DNA of 64,000 bases from Thermomicrobiales bacterium. GTDB taxonomy: Bacteria > Chloroflexota > Chloroflexia > Thermomicrobiales > UBA6265. Each line of letters opens with the position of its first letter. Position 1 is the stretch's first letter. The stretch spans positions 927 to 64,926 of the forward strand of contig JAMLHN010000003.1 in NCBI GenBank assembly GCA_023957115.1. The letters run 5' to 3'. Under the pieces are notes generated by a model that was not told the DNA's origin, did no database searches, and saw only the letters and a program-made list of their open reading frames with translations. Position numbers and translations under genes: made by a program. Positions 37,283 through 45,909 of the stretch are shown here, one piece after another.

Positions 37283-37543
37283 GAATTCCCCCCAAGCTCG
37301 GCAGTCTGCCCCTGCAAGGACCAAACTGCAGAAGTTGTCCCTGACGAAATCTACGCTGGCTCGTGGCCGCCCGGATCTCTCAGAGACGAATGCTGTGCCC
37401 TGTTGTCACCATCTGATCGGCGCGAACGAATGCTCGAACGATGGGGCGTGACAGGGAACAGGTTCATCGTACCTGACAATAAGTCGCCAAAGCAACCCGA
37501 ACTGTGCGGAGAATGTACACAAAACGATCCCGAATGACGAAAA

Positions 37544-37620
37544 TGTCCGGTGTCCGGTGTCCGGTGTCCGGTGTCCGGTGTCCGGTGTCCGGTGTCCGGT
37601 GTCCGGTGTCCGGTGTCCGG
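37544..37620. repeat. Perfect (TGTCCGG)x11 heptanucleotide array
   Basis: Read directly: 77 bp, period 7, uninterrupted. Confidence 0.95.
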
Positions 37621-37696
37621 AGCGATCGGCGTGCCAAGGCCCGCGCCGAAAATGTATCGAAGGGTCCCATCCCGGGACTCTTCGCTTTACGTTTCT

Positions 37697-37744
37697 CAGG
37701 ACTCAGGACTCAGGACTCAGGACTCAGGACTCAGGACTCAGGAC
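37697..37744. repeat. Perfect (CAGGACT) array, about 7 copies, abutting the fabF stop codon
   Basis: Read directly: 48 bp, period 7. The next three bases (37745-37747, cta) are the TAG stop of fabF. Confidence 0.95.
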
Positions 37745-38980
37745 CTACTCGTATCGCTTGAACAGGGCAACCGCGTTTTGACCGCCGAACCCGAATCCGT
37801 TGACCAGCGCCACATCGACTGGCATCTTGCGCGCAACGTTGGGGACGTAGTCCAGATCGCACTTCGGATCCGGGTCGGTCAGGTTGATCGTCGGCGGCAC
37901 GATGTTGTCGCGGATGGCATAGACACAGGCGATGGCAGAAACACCGCCAGCCGCGCCAAGAAGGTGTCCAACCATCGACTTGTTGGCCGAAGCGGCTAGC
38001 TTGTAGGCATGATCGCCAAAGGCCGTTTTGATGGCATCCGTTTCCGCGATATCGCCAACGTTGGTTGCGGTGGCATGCGCGGCGATGTAGTCGATATCCT
38101 GCGGTTGCAACCCGGACCGCTCGACCGCCAGCGACATCGCCCGGGCGGCATGCTTGCCATTGGGATCGGGCGCGGTGATATGGAACGCGTCGGAGGTGAA
38201 CGCCCCGCCGGTCAGCTCGGCGATGATGTTCGCGCCACGGGCGAGCGCATGCTCTTCCGATTCGACGATCAGGACGCCGCATCCCTCTGAGAAAACGAAG
38301 CCGTCCCGACCGAGATCGAACGGGCGGCTGGCGCCCGCGGGATCGTGGTTGCGCTTGGAAAGGGCACCCATATTGGCCATCGCGGTGATCGACGTGCGGC
38401 GCAGACCCGACTCGGCCCCGCCCGCGATGATGATGTCGGCTTCGTCCCGCTGAATCATCTGCGCTGCCTGGACGAACGCCTGCACACCGGAGGCGCACGC
38501 CGCCGACGACGTCACGGTCGGACCGTGAATCCCGAACGCCATCGAAACCTGGCAGCTGGCCATATTGGGAGCGAAGAGCGCGATGGTCAGCGGGTGCACC
38601 CATTTGGGGCCTTTTTCGACCATAGCTTCGACATTGGCTTCCATGATGGGGATACCGCCCCCACCACTGTTCATGATGACGCCGACCCGCTCGCTCTGCT
38701 CAGGATCGACGGTATACCCCGCATCGTTGAGCGCTTCGGCAGCGGATGCGACCGAAAAATGGGAGAATCGGTCCATCCGCTTCGCCAGCTTCGCATCCAT
38801 GTGGTCCTTTGGATCGAAGTTACGCACTTCGCCGCCGATGCGAACCTCGAGATCGGAAACGTCGAAATTCTCTATCTCGGCGATGCCCGACTTGCCGGCG
38901 AGCATCCCCTCCCAAAGCGTCGACGCGCCGATACCGAGTGGGGAAACAGCTCCTGCGCCGGTCACAACCACTCGCTTCAC
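37745..38980 (-). CDS. fabF: Beta-ketoacyl-ACP synthase II
   Basis: Start at GTG 38980 (VKRVVVTGAGAVSPLG), with GAGGAG 7 nt upstream. Active-site contexts SSAACASG, AHATATNVGD and KSMVGHLLGAAG form the Cys-His-His triad. Confidence 0.9.
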   Translation of the reverse strand: MKRVVVTGAGAVSPLGIGASTLWEGMLAGKSGIAEIENFDVSDLEVRIGGEVRNFDPKDHMDAKLAKRMDRFSHFSVASAAEALNDAGYTVDPEQSERVGVIMNSGGGGIPIMEANVEAMVEKGPKWVHPLTIALFAPNMASCQVSMAFGIHGPTVTSSAACASGVQAFVQAAQMIQRDEADIIIAGGAESGLRRTSITAMANMGALSKRNHDPAGASRPFDLGRDGFVFSEGCGVLIVESEEHALARGANIIAELTGGAFTSDAFHITAPDPNGKHAARAMSLAVERSGLQPQDIDYIAAHATATNVGDIAETDAIKTAFGDHAYKLAASANKSMVGHLLGAAGGVSAIACVYAIRDNIVPPTINLTDPDPKCDLDYVPNVARKMPVDVALVNGFGFGGQNAVALFKRYE

Positions 38981-39154
38981 AGGTAACTCCTCGATTGGGA
39001 ACCCGGACATTGGGCGAGAGCCGTTCGGTGGCCCGGGTTGGGGTCAGCAAAATTGACGATCGAGGGCGGAGCCGCCGATCAACGTGCTAGTGTACGGGAA
39101 ATCCGGCCCAACTCGTAGGAGTAGCCTCGACAAAGGATAGGGTGCACCGATTCC

Positions 39155-39598
39155 ATGATCCCACGTGAGCAACATCCGCGACCGCGGCTGACCCGTATCG
39201 CCTGGACCGATCTGGGCGGCGTCTGGGACTTCGCGTACGACGATGACGATCGCGGACGACGAACGCTGGAATGAGCGCATCGATGTCTTCGACCGTGCGA
39301 TCGCGGTTCCCTTTCCGCCGGAGTCTCCGCTGAGCGGGATCAACGACACCGCGCCCGCACGGAAGCGGCATGGATCGCACAGCTCACGGACCTGGTGAAC
39401 GCCGTGTAGCAGATGCCATCGATCGTGGGCATCTGCTACACACAGCTCACGGACACGGAACGGGAGATCAATGGCTTGCTCACGGCTGACCGAACCCCGA
39501 AAGCCTATCCCGCCCTCATTCGCAGTCTCTTGCAACAACCCGCGAGATCGATGCCGGCGGAAACGACCTTTGGCAGTCTGACCAGCTCGGTCGGGTAG
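39155..39598 (+). pseudogene. Remnant of a GH2-family glycoside hydrolase (N-terminal and C-terminal stubs only, with frameshifts)
   Basis: MIPREQHPRPRLTRIAWTDLGGVWDFAYDDDD, then in another frame ERWNERIDVFDRAIAVPFPPESPLSGINDT, then [27 protein letters not shown]. These are conserved GH2 termini as I recall the family. The roughly 450-aa catalytic middle is absent. Confidence 0.55.
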
Positions 39599-39611
39599 CG
39601 CTTTCGGGTCG

Positions 39612-40595
39612 TCAGCGTCCGCTCAGCGTTGGAATCCCGAGTCCCAATCCTGCCATCGGGATGGTTTGCGCGCCGGGTGCAATGCGCTTGATGAGCCCCG
39701 CAAGCACGGTGCCCGGTCCAATCTCGAAGAAGGTCTTGACTCCGGCATCGGTCATGGTCTGGATCGAGCCGGTCCAGTCGACCGGACGCTCCATCTGCAA
39801 ATCGAGCTCCTCGTAAAGACCCCCGGTGGTGTAGATCGGCTGGGCCGACGTGTTGCCGATCACCATACCGCTCGGTTTCTCCGGGAACTCGGGCAGCGAG
39901 AGCGCCGCATCACGCAGCAGCTTCTGGAATTCCGTATTGGCGCTCGCCATTAGTGGCGAATGCGACGCGATCGAGACATTCAGACGCGCCACCCGGCGCG
40001 CGTTCTTCCCTTGGCGAGTTCCATGGTTGCTTCGAGGCCACGAACATCGCCCGAGATCACGGTCTGGCCCGGGCAATTGCGATTGGCGGGAACGACGACG
40101 CCATCCGCCGAGGCGGTACGGCAAACGTCGGCAATTGCCTCATCGTCGAGTCCAAGCACCGCAGCCATACCGCCGGGATTAACCTCACCGGCTTGTTTCA
40201 TCAGCGGCCGCGCTCGCGAACGAGCGACAGCGCGGTTGAAACCGCATGATCCCCGCCGCGACCAACGCGGAGAACTCACCGAGCGAATGACCGGCGACAT
40301 AATCGGGCGCCAGGGGAACGTCGGCCTCCTGGGCGTTCTCGTTGAGCGCAGCCAGCGCGGCAATGCTGACTGCCAGGATGGCCGGTTGGGCATTGACCGT
40401 GTCTTCCAACGCTTCGGCCGGGCCGTTCTGGATCAGCTCGGTCAGCCCAAAGCCGAGGGTGTCATCGGCCAGCGCCATCATCGCGCGGGCCATCTCGCTG
40501 GCGTCCAGCAACGGTCCGGCCATCCCGACGAACTGGCTTCCCTGTCCCGGGAAAACGAACGCGTACGGTGGGGCTGGAATGGTTGGTTCGGTCAC
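39612..40595 (-). pseudogene. fabD: Malonyl-CoA:ACP transacylase split across three frames by three apparent 1-nt deletions
   Basis: GTG 40595: FVFPGQGSQ...AGHSLGEFSALVAAG, then a shift near 40246; AVSTALSLVRERGR, then a shift near 40205; LMKQAGEVNPGGMAAVLGL...ANRNCPGQTVISG...MELAK, then a shift near 40009; GKNARRVARLNVSIASHSPLM...FFEIGPG. All FabD blocks are present and collinear. Confidence 0.8.
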
Positions 40596-40712
40596 GAATC
40601 GGATCCTCTCGCAAAGGCGGGTTCCCAGTCAGCTGCTCCAATTATTGTCGCAGCAGGCGGACGAGTAGGCGGGGCCGGAGCCCGGAGAAGCCCCCTCAGC
40701 TACGACTGGGTC

Positions 40713-41504
40713 TTACGAATGCAAACGTCGCAGGAACGCCTGCAGGCGTTCGCTTTCGGGGTGCTCCAGGACCTGGCTGGGTGGACCCTGCTCGACCACG
40801 ACGCCGCCGTCCATGAAGACGATACGGTCGGCCACGTCGCGGGCGAAGCCCATTTCGTGCGTTACGACGATCATCGTCACCCCGTGCGACTGGGCCAGAT
40901 CGGTCATCACCTGCAGCACTTCACCGACCAGCTCCGGGTCGAGCGCCGAGGTGACCTCGTCGAAGAGGATCACCTTCGGTTCCATCGCCAGCGCGCGGGC
41001 AATTGCCACCCGTTGTTGCTGGCCACCGGAAAGCTGGGACGGATAGTTGTCCGCTTTGTCCGCCAGGCCGACCCGGGCCAGCAAGCGCCGGGCATTTTCC
41101 TCCGCTTCGGCTTTGTTGACCTTGCGCACCTTCATCGGACCGAACGTGACATTGCGCAGGGCGGTCATATGCGGAAAGAGGTTGAACTGCTGGAAGACCA
41201 TCGCAGTCTCGGCGCGGATCTTGGCCACCTCTTTCTCGGGAGCCGGTTTCAATTGGCCGTTCTGCTCGCGATAGCCAACGAGCTGACCGTCGACATAGAT
41301 CCGGCCGTCCTGGTAGTTCTCGAGAAAATTGACGCAACGGAGCATGGTGGTCTTGCCCGAGCCACTCGGACCGATGACGCAGACGACCTCTCCGGGCGCA
41401 ATATCGAGATCGACCCCCTTCAACACCTGAAGCTCGCCGTAGTGCTTGTGCAGGTTCCTGATCGAAACCATGGCATTCGGATTCGGTGCGAGATTCTGGC
41501 TCAT
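40713..41504 (-). CDS. Polar amino acid ABC transporter ATP-binding protein (GlnQ-like)
   Basis: [24 protein letters not shown] and [13 protein letters not shown] motifs. Confidence 0.9.
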   Translation of the reverse strand: MSQNLAPNPNAMVSIRNLHKHYGELQVLKGVDLDIAPGEVVCVIGPSGSGKTTMLRCVNFLENYQDGRIYVDGQLVGYREQNGQLKPAPEKEVAKIRAETAMVFQQFNLFPHMTALRNVTFGPMKVRKVNKAEAEENARRLLARVGLADKADNYPSQLSGGQQQRVAIARALAMEPKVILFDEVTSALDPELVGEVLQVMTDLAQSHGVTMIVVTHEMGFARDVADRIVFMDGGVVVEQGPPSQVLEHPESERLQAFLRRLHS

Positions 41505-42190
41505 CGGGCGACCCCAAAGCGATACCGCTGGGCAACGAGTGCGCCAAGACGGGAAATCGTAAAGCAGATAACGAAGTAGATGGCCGCGGCGGCAATGTAG
41601 AAGGGAAGGACATCGCCCGTCCGCTCGACGATCTTGCGGGTCGCGAAGAGGAGCTCACTCATGCTGAGCAGTGAGGCGAGCGATGTTCCCTTCACCAGCT
41701 CGGCAGCGGTATTGGTCCAGGGAGGAATGATGACCGGCATCGATTGGGGCAGCGTGATCGAGAACAACCGTTGCCAGAAGGTAAGCCCCAACGCCTTGCC
41801 GGCGTCGGATTGCCCCTTGGGGACCGATGCTAGCGCGCCGCGGACCACCTCTCCTACCTGCGCCGCGCCGAACAGGGTGAGCCCGATTGCCGCCGCCTGA
41901 AACCGCCCGACGTTCGTGGGGATGTGCACGCCGAGGATGTCGATGTTGACCGCCGGCAGGATGTAATAGATCAGAAAGAGCACGACCAGGATCGGCAAAC
42001 CGCGGATGACATCGACATAGAGCCGCAGCAGCGAGCGAACGACCCGGTTGCCGTAGAACAGTCCCACACCGACGAACAGTCCGATCAGCGAGCTGGCCAC
42101 GATCGCGACGGCCGACAGCTGGAGCGTGAGCTTCAGACCGAGCCAGATGAGATGACGGTTGTCCCAGACCTCGTTCATGCCACCGTCCAT
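41501..42190 (-). CDS. Amino acid ABC transporter permease (His/Glu/Gln/Arg/opine family)
   Basis: 229 aa with the EAA-like loop (AGKALGLTFWQRLFSITLPQ). 4-nt overlap with the ATPase gene. Confidence 0.85.
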   Translation of the reverse strand: MDGGMNEVWDNRHLIWLGLKLTLQLSAVAIVASSLIGLFVGVGLFYGNRVVRSLLRLYVDVIRGLPILVVLFLIYYILPAVNIDILGVHIPTNVGRFQAAAIGLTLFGAAQVGEVVRGALASVPKGQSDAGKALGLTFWQRLFSITLPQSMPVIIPPWTNTAAELVKGTSLASLLSMSELLFATRKIVERTGDVLPFYIAAAAIYFVICFTISRLGALVAQRYRFGVAR

Positions 42191-42873
42191 TTGATGCGCC
42201 GTTCGATGAGGCGCAGTCCGATGGCGATCGCGTAACAGGTGAGCAGATAGATGACCCCTGCTGTCGCCCAGGCTTCGATATAGCGAAAATAGTCGGTACT
42301 GATCTTGCGCGCGGCCCAGGTCAGCTCAGGCGCCGCGATGGCCACCGCAATCGAGGTGTCCTTGAAGAGCCCGATGAAGGTGTTACCCAACGACGGCAAC
42401 ACCGTGCGGAGCATGATCGGCAGGGTAATGGAGACGGCCGTCTGGGTGCGGCTCAGTCCCAGCGAACGGCCCGCTTCGAGATAGCGTTTGCCAACCGAAA
42501 CGATACCGGCGGAAAAGATCTCCGCCAGATAGGCAGCCGCATAGATGGCTAGGGCCACGATGAACGTTGTTTCCGCATCGGGCAGGATCTTCAAGACCCA
42601 TTCCTGACCGGTGCTGCGGCGCGGAAAGACTTGCGGAAGCCCGAAGTAGAGGAGTGATACGATCAACAGCAGCGGAATATTGCGGATGAGCTCGACGTAC
42701 GCGGTCACCACCCAGCGAAGCGGGCGCGGACCGTATTGCCGCGCAAATGCCAGCAGAAGACCGAGCACCGTCCCGATGATCAGCCCAAGAATGGCCATCT
42801 TCAACCCGAGCAGAAGCCCGTCGATGAAGAGTTCCTTGTTGTTGGTGATGTATTCCCAACGGAGCTTGTACAT
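42175..42873 (-). CDS. Amino acid ABC transporter permease
   Basis: I trimmed the ORF to ATG 42873 (MYKLRWEYITNNKELF...). EAGRSLGLSRTQTAVSITLP loop. Confidence 0.85.
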   Translation of the reverse strand: MYKLRWEYITNNKELFIDGLLLGLKMAILGLIIGTVLGLLLAFARQYGPRPLRWVVTAYVELIRNIPLLLIVSLLYFGLPQVFPRRSTGQEWVLKILPDAETTFIVALAIYAAAYLAEIFSAGIVSVGKRYLEAGRSLGLSRTQTAVSITLPIMLRTVLPSLGNTFIGLFKDTSIAVAIAAPELTWAARKISTDYFRYIEAWATAGVIYLLTCYAIAIGLRLIERRIKWTVA

Positions 42874-43072
42874 CGATTCCCGCGAGCCGATCTGAGTGCG
42901 TGCAGTATGGCGTATCCGCCAGTTCGACTGCACACTGTAGCCCACACCGGAACGCCGCCCGGAACGCGCGCCGTCCAAGTATCGAGCGGAATCGATATGT
43001 GAGGGAGGTCCAGTAGCCAGCGAGAGTAGACGTCAAGCGCCTCTTTCCCTGGACACTGGCCTCGAGCAGGTG

Positions 43073-43852
43073 CTAGTGAATCCGCTCGATGGCGGTGGTG
43101 CGGCCGTCTTCGATGTCGAGCACGACTGCACCCAGGACGAGTGGTCCCGGGGCGAGGGTGGTCAGGCCGCCCCAGCCGTCTCCGTTCCAGAGCGCGCGGA
43201 AGACATCGCCCGGCATGCCCTGGGCACCACCGCTGTGCCCGGTCATCCCGACCTCCGGCACGAATGCGGTGCCGCGTTGCAGGATTGGGGTAAAGAGCGA
43301 CGCCTCGTGCGTATGCGTTCCCAGTACCGCGGCGACCTCGCCATCCAGACCGTTGGCAACGATGTGCTTCTGGATCACCGATTCGGCGTGCAGGTCGACA
43401 ATGACCGTGCCCGGCAGCTCGAGCGTGGTCCAGACGTCCCGCGGCGGACGTGCGGTCGCCACCGCGTCTGGCGTGGCCAGGTTGACGACGCTCACCCGCT
43501 CGCCGAGCACCTCGATCGTGACCCAGCCTTTGCCGGGAACGTCGTCCGGCATGTTGACCGGCCGCAGCACGCGTGGATGCGCATGGACCGCCAGGGTATC
43601 GGCTTCATCCGTGTCCCAGGCGTGGTTGCCTGAGGTAATGACATCGACCCCCGCATCCAGCAGCGGCTCGATCAGGGCTATCGTCATGCCGAAGAGGCCG
43701 GGACCGTTGGTGCGCGCGGTTCCGAACGCGATGTTCTCGGCATTCGCCACGATCAAATCGGGCCGATAAGTCGACCGCAGCTCCGGCAGCCGTTCGATCA
43801 GCCATTCCCCCGCCGCCGGTCCGACGATGTCGCCAATGAACAAGAGACGCAT
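43073..43852 (-). CDS. ymdB: YmdB-like metallophosphoesterase (2',3'-cyclic-nucleotide phosphodiesterase family, TIGR00282-type)
   Basis: MRLLFIGDIVG...NAEN...GNHAWD...HAE...GTHTH...GMTG blocks are collinear with B. subtilis YmdB as I recall it. Confidence 0.8.
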   Translation of the reverse strand: MRLLFIGDIVGPAAGEWLIERLPELRSTYRPDLIVANAENIAFGTARTNGPGLFGMTIALIEPLLDAGVDVITSGNHAWDTDEADTLAVHAHPRVLRPVNMPDDVPGKGWVTIEVLGERVSVVNLATPDAVATARPPRDVWTTLELPGTVIVDLHAESVIQKHIVANGLDGEVAAVLGTHTHEASLFTPILQRGTAFVPEVGMTGHSGGAQGMPGDVFRALWNGDGWGGLTTLAPGPLVLGAVVLDIEDGRTTAIERIH

Positions 43853-43930
43853 TTGTTTCGATACCCTCCTTGGGCGTTATTGGTTCGATTTGGCCCCGTG
43901 AAGGCGCTTTACGCTCTTCTCAGGACACAG

Positions 43931-44017
43931 GACACAGGACACAGGACACAGGACACAGGACACAGGACACAGGACACAGGACACAGGACACAGGACACAG
44001 GACACAGGACACAGGAC
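43931..44017. repeat. Perfect (CAGGACA) array, about 12.4 copies
   Basis: Read directly: 87 bp, period 7. Lies between the ymdB start and the stop of the CUT1 permease gene. Confidence 0.95.
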
Positions 44018-44028
44018 ACGTCGTTCGC

Positions 44029-44886
44029 TTACTTCACCCCACCTTCGGCCATAGCCTTGAGCAGACGCTTGCGGCTGACCAGATAGGCGCCCAGCGTGAA
44101 CACGGAGGCGATCACAGCGGCGGCCATCGTGGCGCCCCATCGCGTTCCGCCTTCGCCACCGCTCATGGCGCCGACCGCAACCGTCAACGTGTACATCGAC
44201 TTGTCCGGCGCGATGAGCAACGGCCAGATGTATTCGTTCCAGGAACCGATGAAGATGATGATGGCCAGGGCCGTGATGGCGCCGATGTTGTTCGGCAGCA
44301 CCACCTGCCAGAGCAGCCGCAGATCGCCGGCGCCGTCCAGCCGCGCTGCTTCGATGATCGCCCGGGGAAACGCCCGGAAATGCTGCCGTAGCAGGAAGAT
44401 CGCGTACGCGCTCGCCGCCTGCGGAAGGATCATCCCGGCATAGGTGTTCAGCAGATCCCACCGCGCCATCAGGACGTAGTTGGGCACGTAATAGACGACG
44501 AACGGAATCGGGATCGACAGCAGCATCAACGAGAAGATGAGCGCGTTGCCGCGGAACTTCCACCGTGCGAAGGCATAGGCTGCCGGAATGGCGATCAGCA
44601 GCTGCAGCAGCGTCACACCACCCGCGAAGATCACGCTGTTGGTGAGTTGGCGCAGGACATCCAGCCGGCTCGCGACATCGCGGTAGTTCACCAGGGTTGG
44701 GCTCGTCGTCAACGGGCGGAGCGGATTCTCGAAGATCTGCGCCGGAGCCTTCAGGCTCAACCCCAACATCCAGACGAGGGGCGCGAAGGTAAACGCCACC
44801 GCGAGGATGAGCACGAGATGCACGACGATCTGTCTAACCGGCCATTGGCGAGTTGAGGTTGCTGAATGGCTTGTGATTGCACTCAT
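44029..44886 (-). CDS. Carbohydrate ABC transporter permease (CUT1, MalG-like)
   Basis: I trimmed the 611-aa track ORF to ATG 44886 (MSAITSH...). EAARLDGAGDLRLLWQVVLP EAA loop. ATGA overlap with the upstream permease gene. Confidence 0.85.
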   Translation of the reverse strand: MSAITSHSATSTRQWPVRQIVVHLVLILAVAFTFAPLVWMLGLSLKAPAQIFENPLRPLTTSPTLVNYRDVASRLDVLRQLTNSVIFAGGVTLLQLLIAIPAAYAFARWKFRGNALIFSLMLLSIPIPFVVYYVPNYVLMARWDLLNTYAGMILPQAASAYAIFLLRQHFRAFPRAIIEAARLDGAGDLRLLWQVVLPNNIGAITALAIIIFIGSWNEYIWPLLIAPDKSMYTLTVAVGAMSGGEGGTRWGATMAAAVIASVFTLGAYLVSRKRLLKAMAEGGVK

Positions 44887-45839
44887 TCGTAGCTTGCCCG
44901 CTTTTCGAGCAGCCGGAACTGCCAGATTGCAAATCCACCCAGGATGAGAACCAGGATCACGGACCGGGCGCTGGACCGGCCGATCTGGAAGAATTTGAAG
45001 GCGTCCTCGTAGACCGCATAGAGGAGATTCGAGGACGAGCCGCTTGGGCCGCCGACCGTCAGCAGCTGGATGGGAACGAAGACATTGGGGAGCGCCTGCA
45101 GGATGGCGGTCAGACCGATGAAGAGCAGCGTGGGCGCCATCAATGGCAGGATCACATCCCGCAGCATGTGCCAGCCATGCGCGCCGTCGATCCGCGCGGC
45201 TTCGATCTGCTCGCGGGGCAGTCCGGCAACCCCGGCGAGCGCGATGATGTAGTTGAACCCGAGGAACTTCCAGGCCGAGACGAGTCCGAGCGAGGGCAGC
45301 GCCAGATTCGGATCGTTGAGCCATGCCTGCGGCTCGAGTCCAATGGCGCTCAGCGCGGCATTCAGCGGACCGCCCCGCTGGAGGTAGAGAAACTGCCAGA
45401 TAATGGCGCCGACCGTGGACGAGATGACCGCCGGGACGAAGAGGACCGACTGGTAGAACGCGCCAGCCGTGCGGCCCACCTGCATCGTCAGGAGCGCCAG
45501 GCCCACCGGAAGGAGAAACGCGCTGATGAGCGCCAGGACCACGTAGAGCGCGCTCTGCTGCAGAAGTGAGATGAATGACGGGTCGGTCAGAATCCGGTCG
45601 AAATTCTCCCAGCCCACCGGTTTCCGCGGGGAGACCATGTTCCACTGGAAGAAGCTGTTGTAGACCGTCGCGGCCAACGGCCAGAATGCGAAGATGCCCA
45701 ACGTGACGACCGCCGGCAGAAGATAGACGTAGGGACGCAGCACGCTGCCGAGTTCGATCCGGCGGCGGCTCGCTGCGGGGACGGCTGTCCCGGCACGCCG
45801 CGGCGCGGGGAGATCGAGGTGACTCGAGCCGAGGGCCAT
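44883..45839 (-). CDS. Carbohydrate ABC transporter permease (CUT1, MalF-like)
   Basis: 318 aa. EAARIDGAHGWHMLRDVILP EAA loop. Confidence 0.85.
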   Translation of the reverse strand: MALGSSHLDLPAPRRAGTAVPAASRRRIELGSVLRPYVYLLPAVVTLGIFAFWPLAATVYNSFFQWNMVSPRKPVGWENFDRILTDPSFISLLQQSALYVVLALISAFLLPVGLALLTMQVGRTAGAFYQSVLFVPAVISSTVGAIIWQFLYLQRGGPLNAALSAIGLEPQAWLNDPNLALPSLGLVSAWKFLGFNYIIALAGVAGLPREQIEAARIDGAHGWHMLRDVILPLMAPTLLFIGLTAILQALPNVFVPIQLLTVGGPSGSSSNLLYAVYEDAFKFFQIGRSSARSVILVLILGGFAIWQFRLLEKRASYE

Positions 45840-45909
45840 CGCATGCTCCTTCCAGTGCCCACAAACGCCTGGCGCCCGGAGAGAACAGGCGCCAGGCGAT
45901 CGATTGGGA

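Noticed and set aside
35204-37537. Very long antisense ORFs: 777 aa opposite the SLT/SH3b gene, 549 aa opposite ilvD (2359-4008), 651 aa opposite the PAP2 fusion (20218-22173), 488 aa (8841-10307), 478 aa (45904-47340), 496 aa (53892-55382), 323 aa (57252-58223), and the upstream two-thirds of 60823-62817.
   Set aside because: They are Arg/Gly/Asp/His/Pro-rich low-complexity translations typical of the antisense strand of GC-rich genes. In every case the opposite strand encodes a protein with clear family motifs.
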